Positions 1 through 12,442 of a stretch of 64,000 nucleotides of DNA are shown here, piece after piece (positions within the stretch are counted from its first letter, which is position 1; each line of letters opens with the position of its first letter). Location: assembly GCF_009914755.1 (NCBI RefSeq), contig NC_060947.1; one strand, written 5' to 3'. The DNA is from the human T2T-CHM13v2.0 reference genome, Homo sapiens. Below the pieces are notes generated by a model. The model worked only from the letters and a program-made list of their open reading frames with translations. It was not told the origin of the DNA and searched no databases. Both the position numbers and the translations under genes were made by a program.

Positions 1-362
1 CTACATTAAAAACAAAACAAAACAATAGATCCCCTTTGTCGCATGCATAACTGAGACTCAAAGACCATGAGAGACATGCTTCAGGTTACCCAGTCATCAC
101 CCTGATGGCCTTACTTCCAGAGCAATATGCCCTTCACCAAACCATGATGTCTCAAGTAGGGAAGAATATTGAGGGTGGTGAACAGAGGAGCCTTTTTCAT
201 GAGTGTCTGCAGCAGTCAATCTTCTAGATAGCCTCTGAAATTCACAGCTGCAAACTGCAACACTGGACAGAGTTGTCACTGCATCCTCGCTTATTTATTC
301 AGGTCCTCCAACCTGCCAGAACCATTTCCATGGATAGGACAACTCACAATTTTACCCTGGTC

Positions 363-545
363 CAGGGGTTCTCAAAATATGTTCCAAGAACGGCCTGCAT
401 TAGAAAAACAAATTCCTGTCCACAGCCCACACCTACTGAATCTGAATCTGAATCTCCCTTATGGTGAGGGAAGAGACACTGGAAATCTTCATGCTTAAAA
501 AGCATGCCAAGTGCTCTAATGTACAATAAAGTGTGAGGCCCATTG
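363..545. mobile_element. MER5-family (hAT-Charlie) non-autonomous DNA transposon fossil
   Basis: Starts CAGGGGTTCTCAAA and contains CCTACTGAATCTGAATCT, both typical MER5 motifs. Length about 180 bp. Confidence 0.65.
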
Positions 546-1029
546 TCTTAGAAAAATAATCCCTGCTACTTTTCCCAAGGAGTGAAGATGAAGATCAAAT
601 GAAGATTTAATCATTTATTTACATATGAAATATTTTCTGATGACGTAAGCTGGTCTCTGTGAGTAAATAAAACATGATGCCCACTCTTAGTAGCCTCATA
701 GTCAAAGTAGATAAAATAAATAATAAAAATATAGTGGGACAAGTGCTAGGACAGAAGTTTGTACAGAGGTCAAAGTGATAATCCTACGTAGATAGGATTA
801 GGGAAATTTTCCTAGAGAAAACTCCCTGAAACTCTCTTTAAAAATGAGTAGAAGGGAAACAAGACAAATAAAGATGTGTTCTAGGCAGAAGGATCAGCTG
901 TAAAGTTCTAAAGTTGTTACATAGTTTTATTGAATAATGTATTATACCTTGTATGCCAATAGCAACTGTTATCAATTATTGTTATTGTTCTTACTATTAC
1001 CATATAGTCACTGGCAGAAAGATCCCTGA

Positions 1030-1150
1030 CCTGGCTAGAAATCAGGAGACATGAATTAGAGATCTTTGCTCTGCCACTTTGAGGCTATTTGATTTTAGGC
1101 AATACATTTCTCCTCTCTTGTTCTTAATTTGTACATCTGTAAGACAGAAA
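1030..1150 (+). mobile_element. MIR SINE fragment
   Basis: Degenerate MIR core: CTCTGCCACTTT..TTTGATTTTAGGCAA..CATCTGTAA. Confidence 0.5.
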
Positions 1151-1153
1151 TTA

Positions 1154-1585
<432 letters not shown>

Positions 1586-2239
1586 CTATTAAGTACTGGG
1601 CACTGTGCTAGGTGCTGGGGAAATAGTGATAAACAGTAAAGGCCAGTAGTGATGAAGCAAGACAAATTATAGTAATAAACTGTGATGATTATTTTGAAAA
1701 AATGTTATAGGAATAAATGCCAGTGTATAGCAAGGTGCACTGTACTGCCTGCTTTGATGATCAAATGAGAAAATTCAATATGAAAATCCTCTAAAAGCCA
1801 TGACTATACAAATAAAAATTATTCTGTTAGATATAGCTATTAGAAGTGTAGGGGGGTAGTTGAATTACCGTGTATTTCAACATTTTAACTCATGGACTTT
1901 ATATGCATTATCATTCTAGCTTCTGGGTAGCTTCCACTTTCAGATGACTTTGTCCAAATTTCCTTGTAATAAGCCTTTCAAATATCTTTCTTCAAACTAC
2001 ACACCTCCTTTCCATTCCCAACATCAGATTCATCCCACTGCATACATACTTTAAAGAAGTCCTGAAAACATGAAGACTATTTTTGTAGAGAATACAAATT
2101 AGCTCCTACCACTGGACCCGGGGTAGGACATTATAAATGTAATCCTTGTTTTTCTAAAGAAAATTCCCTCCCCTCCTAGGGCCTCAGTTTGCCTATCAAT
2201 AAATGGGGATTGGGGTTTCCTGCATGATGTCTTATTCCT

Positions 2240-2535
2240 TTTTTATTTTGACAGAGTCTCGCTCGTCGCCCTGGCTGGAGTGCAGTGGCGCAATCTCGGC
2301 TCACTGCAAGCTCCGCCTCCTGGGTTCATGCCATTCTCCTGCCTCAGCCTCCTGAGTAGCTGGGACTACAGGTGCCCGCCACCACGCCCGGCTAATTTTT
2401 TTTTTTTTTTGTATTTTTAGTAGAGACGGGGTTTCACATGTTAGCCAGGATGGTCTCGATCTCCTGACCTCGTGATCCGCCTGCCTTGGCCTCCCAGAGT
2501 GCTGGGATTACAGGCGTGAGCCACCGCGCCCGGTC
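2240..2535 (-). mobile_element. Full-length AluY-like element
   Basis: AluY-diagnostic CTGCAAGCTCCGCCTCC..CATGCCATTCTCC and TTAGCCAGGATGGTCTCGATCTCCTGACCTCGTGATCC, with many CpGs retained. TSD ATGATGTC(T/C)TATT(C/T)CT at about 2224-2239 and 2536-2551. Confidence 0.93.
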
Positions 2536-3067
2536 ATGATGTCCTATTTCTTACAACACTGCCATTTGGTGAAAGCCCTTCTGCTTCTTCTGTAATGGTA
2601 AATACCCAAAGCTGACAGTTGCATGTATGAAAGGGTGAGGATATGCCCTTAGTATCTACTCTTAGTCAGTGCATATGCCTCTGTACTGAGTAAGAGTGGC
2701 ATCGTTCAAGGGCTAGGCCCTTCTTGAGAATCTCTAGGCAAGCCCACACTATTTAACACTGATGAGTCAGTGATCCCCATGCCAGAGAGGGCTCGCACAA
2801 CGAGCCCAGAAAAGAGAAGGATAGGAAGCCTGTATCTTGGCAGGTCCTTCAGCTTCTAGACCATCAGAACTCGGGTGTTTGGGCGTAATAGAAAATCTCA
2901 AGGAACTATGGCATCCTGGACAAGTCAGTTCAACAAGGCTGAGTTTGCATACCAAACCTAAGAACATAGCATAATAAAAACTACGATTATTTGGTTTCAC
3001 TCTATACTAAGTGCTTCACAGAAAGCCAGGCATGATTATGTTGTTTCATAGACTAGATTTAGGAGCA

Positions 3068-3655
3068 ATTCATTCGTTCATTGATTTAATACAGACTTAT
3101 TCAGCATTTGCTTTGGTGCAAGCACTGTTTAGAGTTTTGAAAATATAACAGTGAATTACTCAGAAAAGTCCCTGCTATCATAAACATACAATAGAAACAG
3201 AAAATAAATAACTAAACACATAAACAGATAATAAAATGTCAAATAGCAATAAACACTATGGAGAAAACAATGAAGTAATGAACATGAAGTAACGGGATAG
3301 AGGCCAGGAGTGAACTAGATAATTTGGTTGAGGAAAGCCTCTCTAAATAGGAGATGTTGAAGTTGAGACCTGAACATAGAAGACAAAGCCAGTCACGTTA
3401 AGAGTGCCAGAAAGGAGAAATTTTAAATGCAAAGATTTTTGAGGTTGGATGAGCTTGTTGTATTTGAAGAACATCAGTGTGTCTCGAGAACTCTCAGCAA
3501 AGGGGAGGATGGTATGAATTCTGAAAGGCCTAAGCCATGCAGCACCTTGTGGGCTAATGCAGACTCTGGATTTTATTTCAAAAACAATGGAAAGAAGATG
3601 CTGTATGGCTTTAAACCTAGAAGTGTTAGATTCTGAATTCCATTCGTACAAAGTC
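3068..3655 (-). mobile_element. L2 LINE 3' fragment
   Basis: ATTCATTCGTTCATT 3' terminus followed by degenerate L2 3' sequence (GGAAAGCCTCTCT..GAAGTTGAGACCTGAA..GCAGACTCTGGATTTTATTC). Confidence 0.7.
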
Positions 3656-3939
3656 ACATAGCAAGTAAGTGGGAGAGCTAGAATTCAAATTCATGTCTAT
3701 CTGAACTTAAATATTCCCAAGCCCTGTCTCACACAGGAATTATGCACCCTAAAAAACCATACTTCAGTGGAGGTCCCCAAGCATAATGATTGATAGGCAG
3801 AGGATTAGGGGTAGCATACATTTTAGTCACCTAAATTAATAAGGCTTCTTGGACTGTGTATTTGTGTGTTTTTTAGTGTGGAGAAGAGGAATTCTAGGAG
3901 GCTCTTAATTGAAACAAAAGGGGCTGGGGAGACTAAGAT

Positions 3940-4160
3940 TAGCATAAGGAGCAGTTTGAGAGGCAAGAATTAGCCTTCAAATTCCAGCTCTATCAATCAC
4001 TAGCTATTTGACCTCAGGCAAGTCACTTGTCAGTAATTAAATGAAAGTAATAATGACTATCTACATGTCAGAGAACTCTGAGAATTACATGAGAAAATGT
4101 ACTATAAATAATTTCAATACAGAGCTTTATGTACAGTAGGTATTTAGTGTCTCTTAGCTA
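3940..4160 (+). mobile_element. MIR SINE
   Basis: TTCAAATTCCAGCTCT..TAGCTATTTGACCTCAGGCAAGTCACTT..AGTAGGTATTTAGT. Confidence 0.6.
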
Positions 4161-4529
4161 CATTGAATTAAAACTATTTAGAACAAGAGGAAAGATAAGG
4201 CTGAAAGATAAGCTACAGATCAGTGAGTATGCTTTCATTTCCAGACCAATCAAACCTAGCCTCCTGCTGATAGGCAAGCTTTTCAACACTCATCTTTCTA
4301 ATAGGTCTAAGGCACTAGTTCAGGAGATATGGTTCTCTTGCTTTGAATACAGTCCCTCCCCAGCCATTTCTCTTCATGTTAAAATAGGCCTATATAACAG
4401 AAGCTTTTCCTGGTTTTAAAAGACAAAGATGCAGAGGCTGGGTGGGATCCAAACGCCTGGGTAATAATCCAGGTCGTGGTGACCTTGAGTAACAAAAATT
4501 ACTATTTTTTTAACATCTACTCTGGATCA

Positions 4530-4950
4530 CATGCTTTACATTCATTATTATTATTACATTTAATCCTTACAATTGCTCTATGAGGAGGCAAGGTAGGGAT
4601 TCTCATTCAACAGATAAGGAAGCTGAGACTCAGGAAAAGAATGTGACTTGCCCAAGGTCACTCATGTAGCAAGTGGCAGAGCTAAAGTTTGACTCCACTC
4701 TGCTTGGTCTCAAAGTTCATGTTTTTTTTGTACTGGAATCACACTGTATCCTTTCACTCTTTTGGCTTCTAAGTGTGTGAACTTAGGCAAGTGACTTTGC
4801 CTCTCTGAATATCAATTCTCTTATATCTAAACTGAAGTTAGTAGTTTATAATTCACAGGGTTATTATGAGGACTGGAAAGAATATACATAAAGAGTTTCG
4901 CACACTAGCTACTCAGAAAATTTTAGCTATATCATTAGTTATTATTAAAT
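4530..4950. mobile_element. Two adjacent MIRs in opposite orientation (minus ~4530-4745, plus ~4770-4950)
   Basis: ACAGATAAGGAAGCTGAGACTCAGG..GACTTGCCCAAGGTCAC, then TGTGTGAACTTAGGCAAGTGACTT..CTCTCTGAA. Confidence 0.65.
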
Positions 4951-5557
4951 ATTAACTATTTGTTTTCAACAGACATGATCAAAGTCTCATTCCACACTTA
5001 CAATGACAGACAGGAGACCTACCAGAATGTTTCAGTTCCCAGACTTTTTTTCTGGATAGGAGATGCCAGGGTTATCTCAGGATAAGCTGGAACATCCAGC
5101 AGCAATTTCTGGATAATTTAGAGTAGGAGCAGAGCAAGAGCCAGCACCCCACGTAACAAAGTAGGTCATGATGAAGGCTGAGAAGCATGGTCCCAGGCAT
5201 TGACTGCACCCTGGCTATGAGCTACCCTGTCACATGACCATTATACTAAAAATACCAGCCTCCTTGCAGCACAGTAAACAGAAAGAAAAATGAGCTTCAT
5301 TCTACATTCATCAAAGGATTCCTGGAAGGACAAATGAGTAGTAGAAGATGGGGACCCATCTAGTGGTTGCCAATTACCAGACAATTCATAAGCAGCCTAG
5401 ACTACGTGGTATGATGCTGGGATGAACAGACCTAGGAAAAAAACTGTGTCCTGCTCTGATCTTACTTCACTGCACTGCTAAAAATTCAAGTGCTCAGTGA
5501 AGGAAATAAAAGCAGATAATAGGAGGATCTAAATAGATTATTCAAAATCACTTAGGC

Positions 5558-5684
5558 CAAGGGTTTCCAAACCTGACTGTACATGAATCACTGGGTCCAC
5601 TATAGACCATGGCACATGAGAATTGGAACTTTTGAAAAAGCATCCCAGTTGATTTGGATGATCAGTAAGATTGAGAAGTCACTG
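5558..5684. mobile_element. MER5-like DNA transposon fragment
   Basis: CAAGGGTTTCCAAACC..AAAAAGCATCCCAGTTGATT..TTGAGAAGTCACTG termini. Confidence 0.45.
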
Positions 5685-5789
5685 AGGTAGTGCTGAGGTG
5701 TTCACTACCCCGTAAAAACTTTGAAGGAAGAAACTTTCTTATAACAAACTTTCTTCATATTTAGAAACCTAATACATTAAAGAGATATA

Positions 5790-7080
5790 AACACACAAAC
5801 AGAGCAGAGTAGAATTCAGAAGCTAGTTCATGCATATATAAGAATTTACTAGTGATGAAGGCAATATTCCAAATGAGTGTAAAGAAGGATGGATAGGCTA
5901 TACAATAAATGATGTTTGAGCACTTACTTATTCTTTCCTTAAAAAAAAGTGAGACACTTACATTACAGCATACACTAAAATGAAAACTGTTGGTTTTAAA
6001 AATAAGAATTTAGGGAACAAAAAAGCAAAATGTAGTAGAAGAAAAATAAAGGAGAAGGGTATCAGCATCACGGAGTGGAAAAGTCTTCATGAGGCTTAAC
6101 CCCAGGAGGCATAATTTTTTTAATGACATATTTGACTGCATGAAGATTAAAAACAAAATTTAAAAATGAGCAACAGACTGAGAGACTCAACTTCCAATGT
6201 TATTAACATAGAAAAGATTAATATATATAAAAGGCAAAAAAAAGCCTAGAAATTGAAAAAGAAAAAGGATAAACAGAAAAAAAGCAATTCACATAAGAAC
6301 AATTACAAGTGGCCAATTAACATATGAGAAGAAACTTTAATACACTAGTGAGCAAAGAAATGCAAATTGGATCAACAATGAGTTATTTTTAATGCATCAG
6401 ATTAATGAAGATTTTAAAGAATAATATTCAGTGTTGGCAAAGGTATAGAAAAGCCTTTTGATAGGAGAGTAAATTGGTACAGCTGTTTTGTAATGTCACT
6501 TTGGAAGAATGACAAAATGCAAAAGGTTCATACTATATGTCTCAATATTTTAACCCTGGAAATCTATCCTATGGAAAATTTGCACATGTGCAAAAAGATG
6601 TCTCCTACAATACTGTAATTACAAAATATCTTAAGCAACTTTAATATCCATCTACTGAGGATTTGTTAGATGTGTTATGGTATAGCCAAATAATGGAAAG
6701 TGATTCCGGCCTGTAAGAGAGTGAAGCAGCTCAATATGGACTGAGAGAACAACTTCCAAGATGAGTAAAAAAAAAAGTACTGTAGAACAATATGAATAGT
6801 ATGAGTCTATTTGTATAAAATGTATATATTGACAAATGCAAAATACATATAGTTTTAATGTACAGAAAAAAGCCTGGAAAAATACAAGCCAATTGTAAAA
6901 TAGTGGTTACCTTTGAGGAGAAGAATGTAATTGGTAAGGGGAAAGGTTGGTAAAGAAGCTTAAGAGCTTTTGCAGTTTTTATCCTATAGATGTCTATTTT
7001 AAATGCTTATATCTTACACACAAATGGGCACTACATACGTGTGTACTATTATTTTTGTTTATTTATATTATTTGAAAGTT
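5790..7080 (+). mobile_element. Ancient L1M (L1ME-like) ORF2 C-terminal and 3' region
   Basis: Heavily decayed L1 3' motifs (AAGAAATGCAAATT, CAGTGTTGGCAAAGGT, GAGTAAATTGGTACA, ATAGTGGTTACCTTTGAGGAG). Confidence 0.65.
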
Positions 7081-7258
7081 TCAATAATATAGATGACATT
7101 AGTAAGATGGCAGAATAAGCGAGTGCTTTCTCATATTCCCCAACATCAACAATAATTTGACAGCCACTCACAGACAAAAGTGCCTTCTTGGGAAGTTTGG
7201 ATACAGGTAGGAGGTTGTGAAGCTCTGGTTGAGTTCAAGACTGAGGAAAGTCATTTTG

Positions 7259-7880
7259 TTTTTTTGTTTGTTTGTTTGTTTGTTTTATTTTTTAATTATA
7301 CTTTAAGTTCTAGGGTACATGTGCACAACGTGCAGGTTTGTTACATATGTATACATGTGCCATGTTGGTGTGCTGCACCCATTAACTCGTCATTTACATT
7401 AGGTATATCTCCTAATGCTATCCCTCCCCCATCCCCAACCCCACAACAGTCCCCAGTGTGTGATGTTCCCCTTCCTGTGTCCAAGTGTTCTCATTGTTCA
7501 ATTCCCACCTATGAGTGAGAACATGCAGTGTTTGGTTTTCTGTCCTTGCGATAGTTTGCTGAGAATGATGGCTGCCACTTTCATCCATGTCCCTACAAAG
7601 GACATGAACTCATCATTTTTTATGGCTGCATAGTATTCCATGGTGTATATGTGCCACATTTTCTTAATCCAGTCTATTGTTTTTGGACATTTGGGTTGGT
7701 TCCAAGTCTTTGCTACTGTGAATAGTGCCGCAATAAACATACGTGTGCATGTGTCTTTATAGCAACATGATTTATAATCCTTTGGGTATATACCCAGTAA
7801 TGGGATGGCTGGGTCAAATGGTATTCCTAGTTCTAGATCCTTGAGGAATCTCCACACTGTCTTCCACAATGGTTGAACCA
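7259..7880 (-). mobile_element. 5'-truncated L1PA (L1PA4/5-like), ~620 bp, with a (TTTG)n-degraded tail
   Basis: L1PA 3'UTR plus ORF2 C-terminus (ORF 7498-7917). TSD GAGGAAAG(T/C)CATTTTG at 7243-7258 and 7881-7896. Confidence 0.92.
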
Positions 7881-10800
7881 GAGGAAAGCCATTTTGAATA
7901 GGCGTGTCCACACTCAAGTGGCAGGCTCATTGACCATAGTCTTGGCTACAGACCTGGAATTGGCCTCACCTTCTTAACTTGGTTACAGACCCATTTGGCC
8001 TTGGTCCTCCCACCTGCGTGATCCATCAAGAGACCTGGGAGGAGCCATGCCCACCTATGTCTTGGGCAACAGGCCCATTGACCTCAGTTTCAGCTATGAA
8101 CCCTAAAGCAGTCCATGACGTGGTTCCAACTCCTCTTAACAATGGTCTGAGAGAAGTTCTGCCTGCACGGGGACCCATTCGCTGTCCATGTCCCAAGAGG
8201 CAGGCCAACAAACCTGTCCCACAGCAGATTTTGCAATGACCACATTACTCATTTCTAGCTCCTCTCATTTTTGATCCAGGAGTGGTTTTTCCCACCTGGG
8301 TACCTATCAGGGTACATGTCTATCTATGCCCAAGTTGGCAGGTCTCTTGACCTGGGCTCCAAAACATATCCTGAAACAGCCCTGTTACCCAGTTCCAACC
8401 CCTCTGAGTTGTGTTATGGGGCATTTCTGCCTGTCCAGGGACCTACTGGAAGATATGCTTTCCCATGCCCCCAGTGAGAACCTTGCTGACATCTGTCCAA
8501 TTGTAGATCCTGATGCATCCTTGTAACTCAGCTCTAGAATCTCTTAGCCATGGTCCAGGGGCAGCTCTGCCCACCCAGTAACCTACCCAGTGATTTATAA
8601 GGTGCCTTCTCAGGGACCTGATGGGAACCATATGTATTTCTACAACTGATAATTGGCCTACTGTCTGTAGATCCCATGGTAGCCCCTCAGGCAGACGTAT
8701 GTCCTAGGTCCAGCCCAACTGTTCCTGGTCCTAGAGGCAATCCAGTCTTCTCAGGGAACAGACAGGATCCAAACTTGCCCAAGCCCCTGGTAACAGTACT
8801 GCCAACCATGATCCATATTGAAGACCCAGAAGCAGCTGTGTGACCTGGCTCCAATCCTATTTGCTTACGAGGCAATCCTATCAGCTCAGGGACCCAACAG
8901 ACGTTTTTATCTTGGCCAACAACTCTATGTAAAGGCTAGAAAAGGTGTTTTTCTCTTCAAATGCACAGACACCAGTGCAAGGCTACATGAATCATGAAGA
9001 ATAAAGTAAATACAACCCCATCAAAAGAAACATAATACTACAGTAACCAATCCAAAAAAAAAAAGACCTAATTTTCTCAAAAAGAATTCAAAATGATCAT
9101 AATGAAAAAGCTCAGTGAGATGTAAGAAAACAGATATAGACAACTAAATAAAATTAAGGAAAAAATATGTGAACAAAATTAGAATATTAATAAAGAAGTA
9201 GAAGCCATAAAAAAGACCCAAACACAAATTCTGGATCTAAAGAATACATTCAGAGAACTAAAAAAATCAATAGAGAAAACTAATAGCTTGAAAATGCAGG
9301 AGAATCAGTAAATTAAAAAACAGTTCATTTGAAATTAGACAGAAGAACAAAATAAAATAATGTTTAAATGAAGAAAGCATATGGCACTTATGGGCCACCA
9401 TCAATCATAATGGGTGTATACATGGTGGGTATCCTAGAAGAATAGAAAATGATCAAAGAGTAAAAAGCTTAAAGAAATAACGACAGAAACGTCCCAAATA
9501 TGAGAGGAAAAGTGAACATCTAGATCCATGAATCCAAAAGAACCCCAAGTAAATTAAATATGAAGAGGTCCTCACTGAGGCACATTATAATCAAGCTCTC
9601 AAAATCAAAGACAAAGAAATAATTTTGAAAGCAGCAAGAGAAGACCAACTCATTGCATGCAAGGGAAATTCCATAAGACTATCAGGAGATTTGTCAGTAA
9701 AAATCTTACAGATCAGCAGAAGTTGAGATAATATATTCAAAGTGCTGAAGGAAAACATCTGCCAAAGAAGAATACTATATGCATCCAGTCTGCCCTTCAA
9801 AAATAAAGAATAGATAAGAATTTTCCCAGACAAAGAAAAAAAGCTGTGTGACTTTATCACCACTAGACATTCCATGCAAAAAATTTGACAGGTAGTTCTC
9901 CAAGTTGAAAGAAAAGAATGACTCTTAATAACATAAAAGCACACATAAGTATAAAATTCACTACTAAAAGTAAGTACATGGTCAACTTCAGAATACTCTA
10001 ATGTTGTAATGGTGGTATGTAAATCACTTATATCTTTTGCATAAAGGTTAAAAGACAAAAATATGAAAAATTATTATAGTTACAATAATTTGTTAATGGT
10101 TATGCAGCAAGAAAAGTTGTAGAATGTGACATTAATAGCATAAAGTATGGAATGGAGAAACATAAAAGTGTAGAGATTTTTTATTTGATTAAAGTTAATT
10201 GTTATCAGCTCAAAATAGATGGCTATAACTATAAAATTTTTTGTTCAGTCTCATGACAAATACAATTAAAAAGCTTCTAGTAGGTGCACAAAAAAATAAA
10301 GGAAAAAATTGAAACATAAAACTGAAAAAAAATAACAAAAAAAGACAGAAAGGCAGGAATGAAGACAGAAAGACACAATCAAACTGACAGAAAACAATTA
10401 ACAAAATTGCAAGTATAAATCCTCATCTATCAGTAATTACTTTCAACATCACTGAATTAAAGCCTCCAATCAAAAGACACAGAGTGACTGAATAAACGTT
10501 TAAAAATAGAAGACCTAACTATATGACAGAATTCACATAGACTGAAGGTGAAGGGTTAGAAAAATATATTTTATGCAACCAGTAATAAAAAGAGAAGTAG
10601 CCATACTTACATCAGACAGAATAGACTTTCAGTCAAAATCTTTCACAAGAGTCAAAGAAGGTCACTATATAGTGATAAAGGAGGACATTCTTCCAAAGGA
10701 TATAACAATTATAAATAATTAAAAATAACAACTCCAAAAATGTCTTAAGGGATTATATAATATAAAAATATCTAAACAATGACATCAAAAACATGAAATG

Positions 10801-11349
10801 TTGGGGAGGGAGTAAATGTGCAGAGTTTTTATATGTGATCAAAGTTAAGTTGTTATCAACTTAAAATAGCCTGTTATAATATGTTTTATGTGAGCTTCAT
10901 GGTAACAAAAAACCAAAATCCTATAGTAGAGACACAAAATATCTAAAGCAAGAAATCAAAGTATATTACTAAGGAAAATCATCTAATCATAAAGAAATGC
11001 AGCAAGAGAGGAAGTACAGAACAAAGGTTACATAAAATATTCAGAAAAAAATTAACAAAATGTCAATAGAAAGTCATTACCTATCAATAATTACCTCGAT
11101 GAAAATAGATTAATTTCTCCAATCAAGAGTTATAGAGTGAATAGATTTTGTAAAAGTCCAAAGTATATTTTGTCCATAAGACTCACTTTACCTTTAAGGA
11201 CACTCAGCCTTAAAGTGAAAAAAATAAAAAAAAAAATTCCATGCAAGTGCAAACCAAAAGATAGCAGGGGAATCTATACTTAGATAAAACTGATTTAATT
11301 CATAAATTATAAAAAATATGAGCCCAGCATGCTTCCACAGCGTGGCTCT

Positions 11350-12442
11350 TACCATTCAGGACATAGGCATGGGCAAAGACTTCATGACTAAAACACCAAA
11401 GCCATGGAAACAAAAGCCAAAATTGACAAATGGGATCTAATTAAACTAAAGTGCTTCTGTACTGCAAAAGAAACTATGATCAGAGTGAACCAACAACTTA
11501 CAAAATGGGAGAAAATTTTTGCAATCTATCCACATGACAAAGGGCTAATATCCAGAATCTACAAGGAACTTAAACAAATTTTCAAGAAAAAAACCAACAG
11601 CCCCTTCAAAAAATGGGCAAAGAATATGAACAGACACTTCTCAAAAGAAGACATTTATATGGCCAAAAAACATATGAAAAAAAGTTCATCATTGCTGGTC
11701 ATTAGAGAAATGCAAGTCAAAGCCATAATGAGATACCATCTCATGCCAGTTGGAATGGCGATCATTAAAAGGTCAGGAAACAACAGATGCTGGGGAGCAT
11801 GCGGAGAAATAGGAACACTTTTACACTGTTGGTGGGAGTGTAAATTAGTTCAACCATTGTGGAAGACAGTGTGGCAATTCCTCAAGGATCTAGAACTAGA
11901 AATACTGTTTGACCCAGTAATCCCAATACTGGTTATATACCCAAAAGATTATAAATCATTATACTATAAAGACACATGCATGCTTATGTTTATTGCAGCA
12001 CTGTTGACAATGGCAAAGACTTGGAACCAACACAAATGTCCATCAATGATAGACTGGATAAAGAAAATGTGGCACATATGCACCATGGAATACTATGCAG
12101 CCATAAAAAGGATGAGTTCATGTCCTTTGCAGGTATATGGCTGAAGCTGGAAACCATCATTCTCAGCAAACTAACACAGGAACAGAAAACCAAACAACAC
12201 ATGTTCTCACTCATAAGTGAGAGTTGAACCATGAGAACACATGGACACAGGGAGGGGAGCATCACACACTGGGGCCTGTCTGGGGATGGGGGGCCAGGGA
12301 AGGGATAGCATTAGGAGAAATACCTAACGTAGATGATGGGTTGATGGGTGCAGCAAACCACCATGGCACGTGTATGCCTATGTAACAAACTTGCATGTTT
12401 TGCACATGTATCCCAGAACTTAAAGTATAATTTTAAAAAAAG
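11350..12442 (+). mobile_element. 5'-truncated L1PA (L1PA7/8-like), ~1.1 kb
   Basis: ORF2 C-terminus (ORF 11404-12144) and 3'UTR ending CCCAGAACTTAAAGTATAAT. The host L1M endonuclease sequence resumes at about 12442. Confidence 0.9.

Noticed and set aside
2763-2769. Isolated AP-1 (TGAGTCA) motifs here and elsewhere, and a CRE-like TGACGTAA near 641
   Set aside because: 7-8-mers are expected by chance in 64 kb, and there is no clustering or CpG island to support a promoter.
9591-10404. Hydrophobic membrane-like ORFs on the strand opposite L1 (also 20042-20392)
   Set aside because: The T-rich antisense strand of A-rich L1 yields Phe/Leu-rich ORFs by composition alone.
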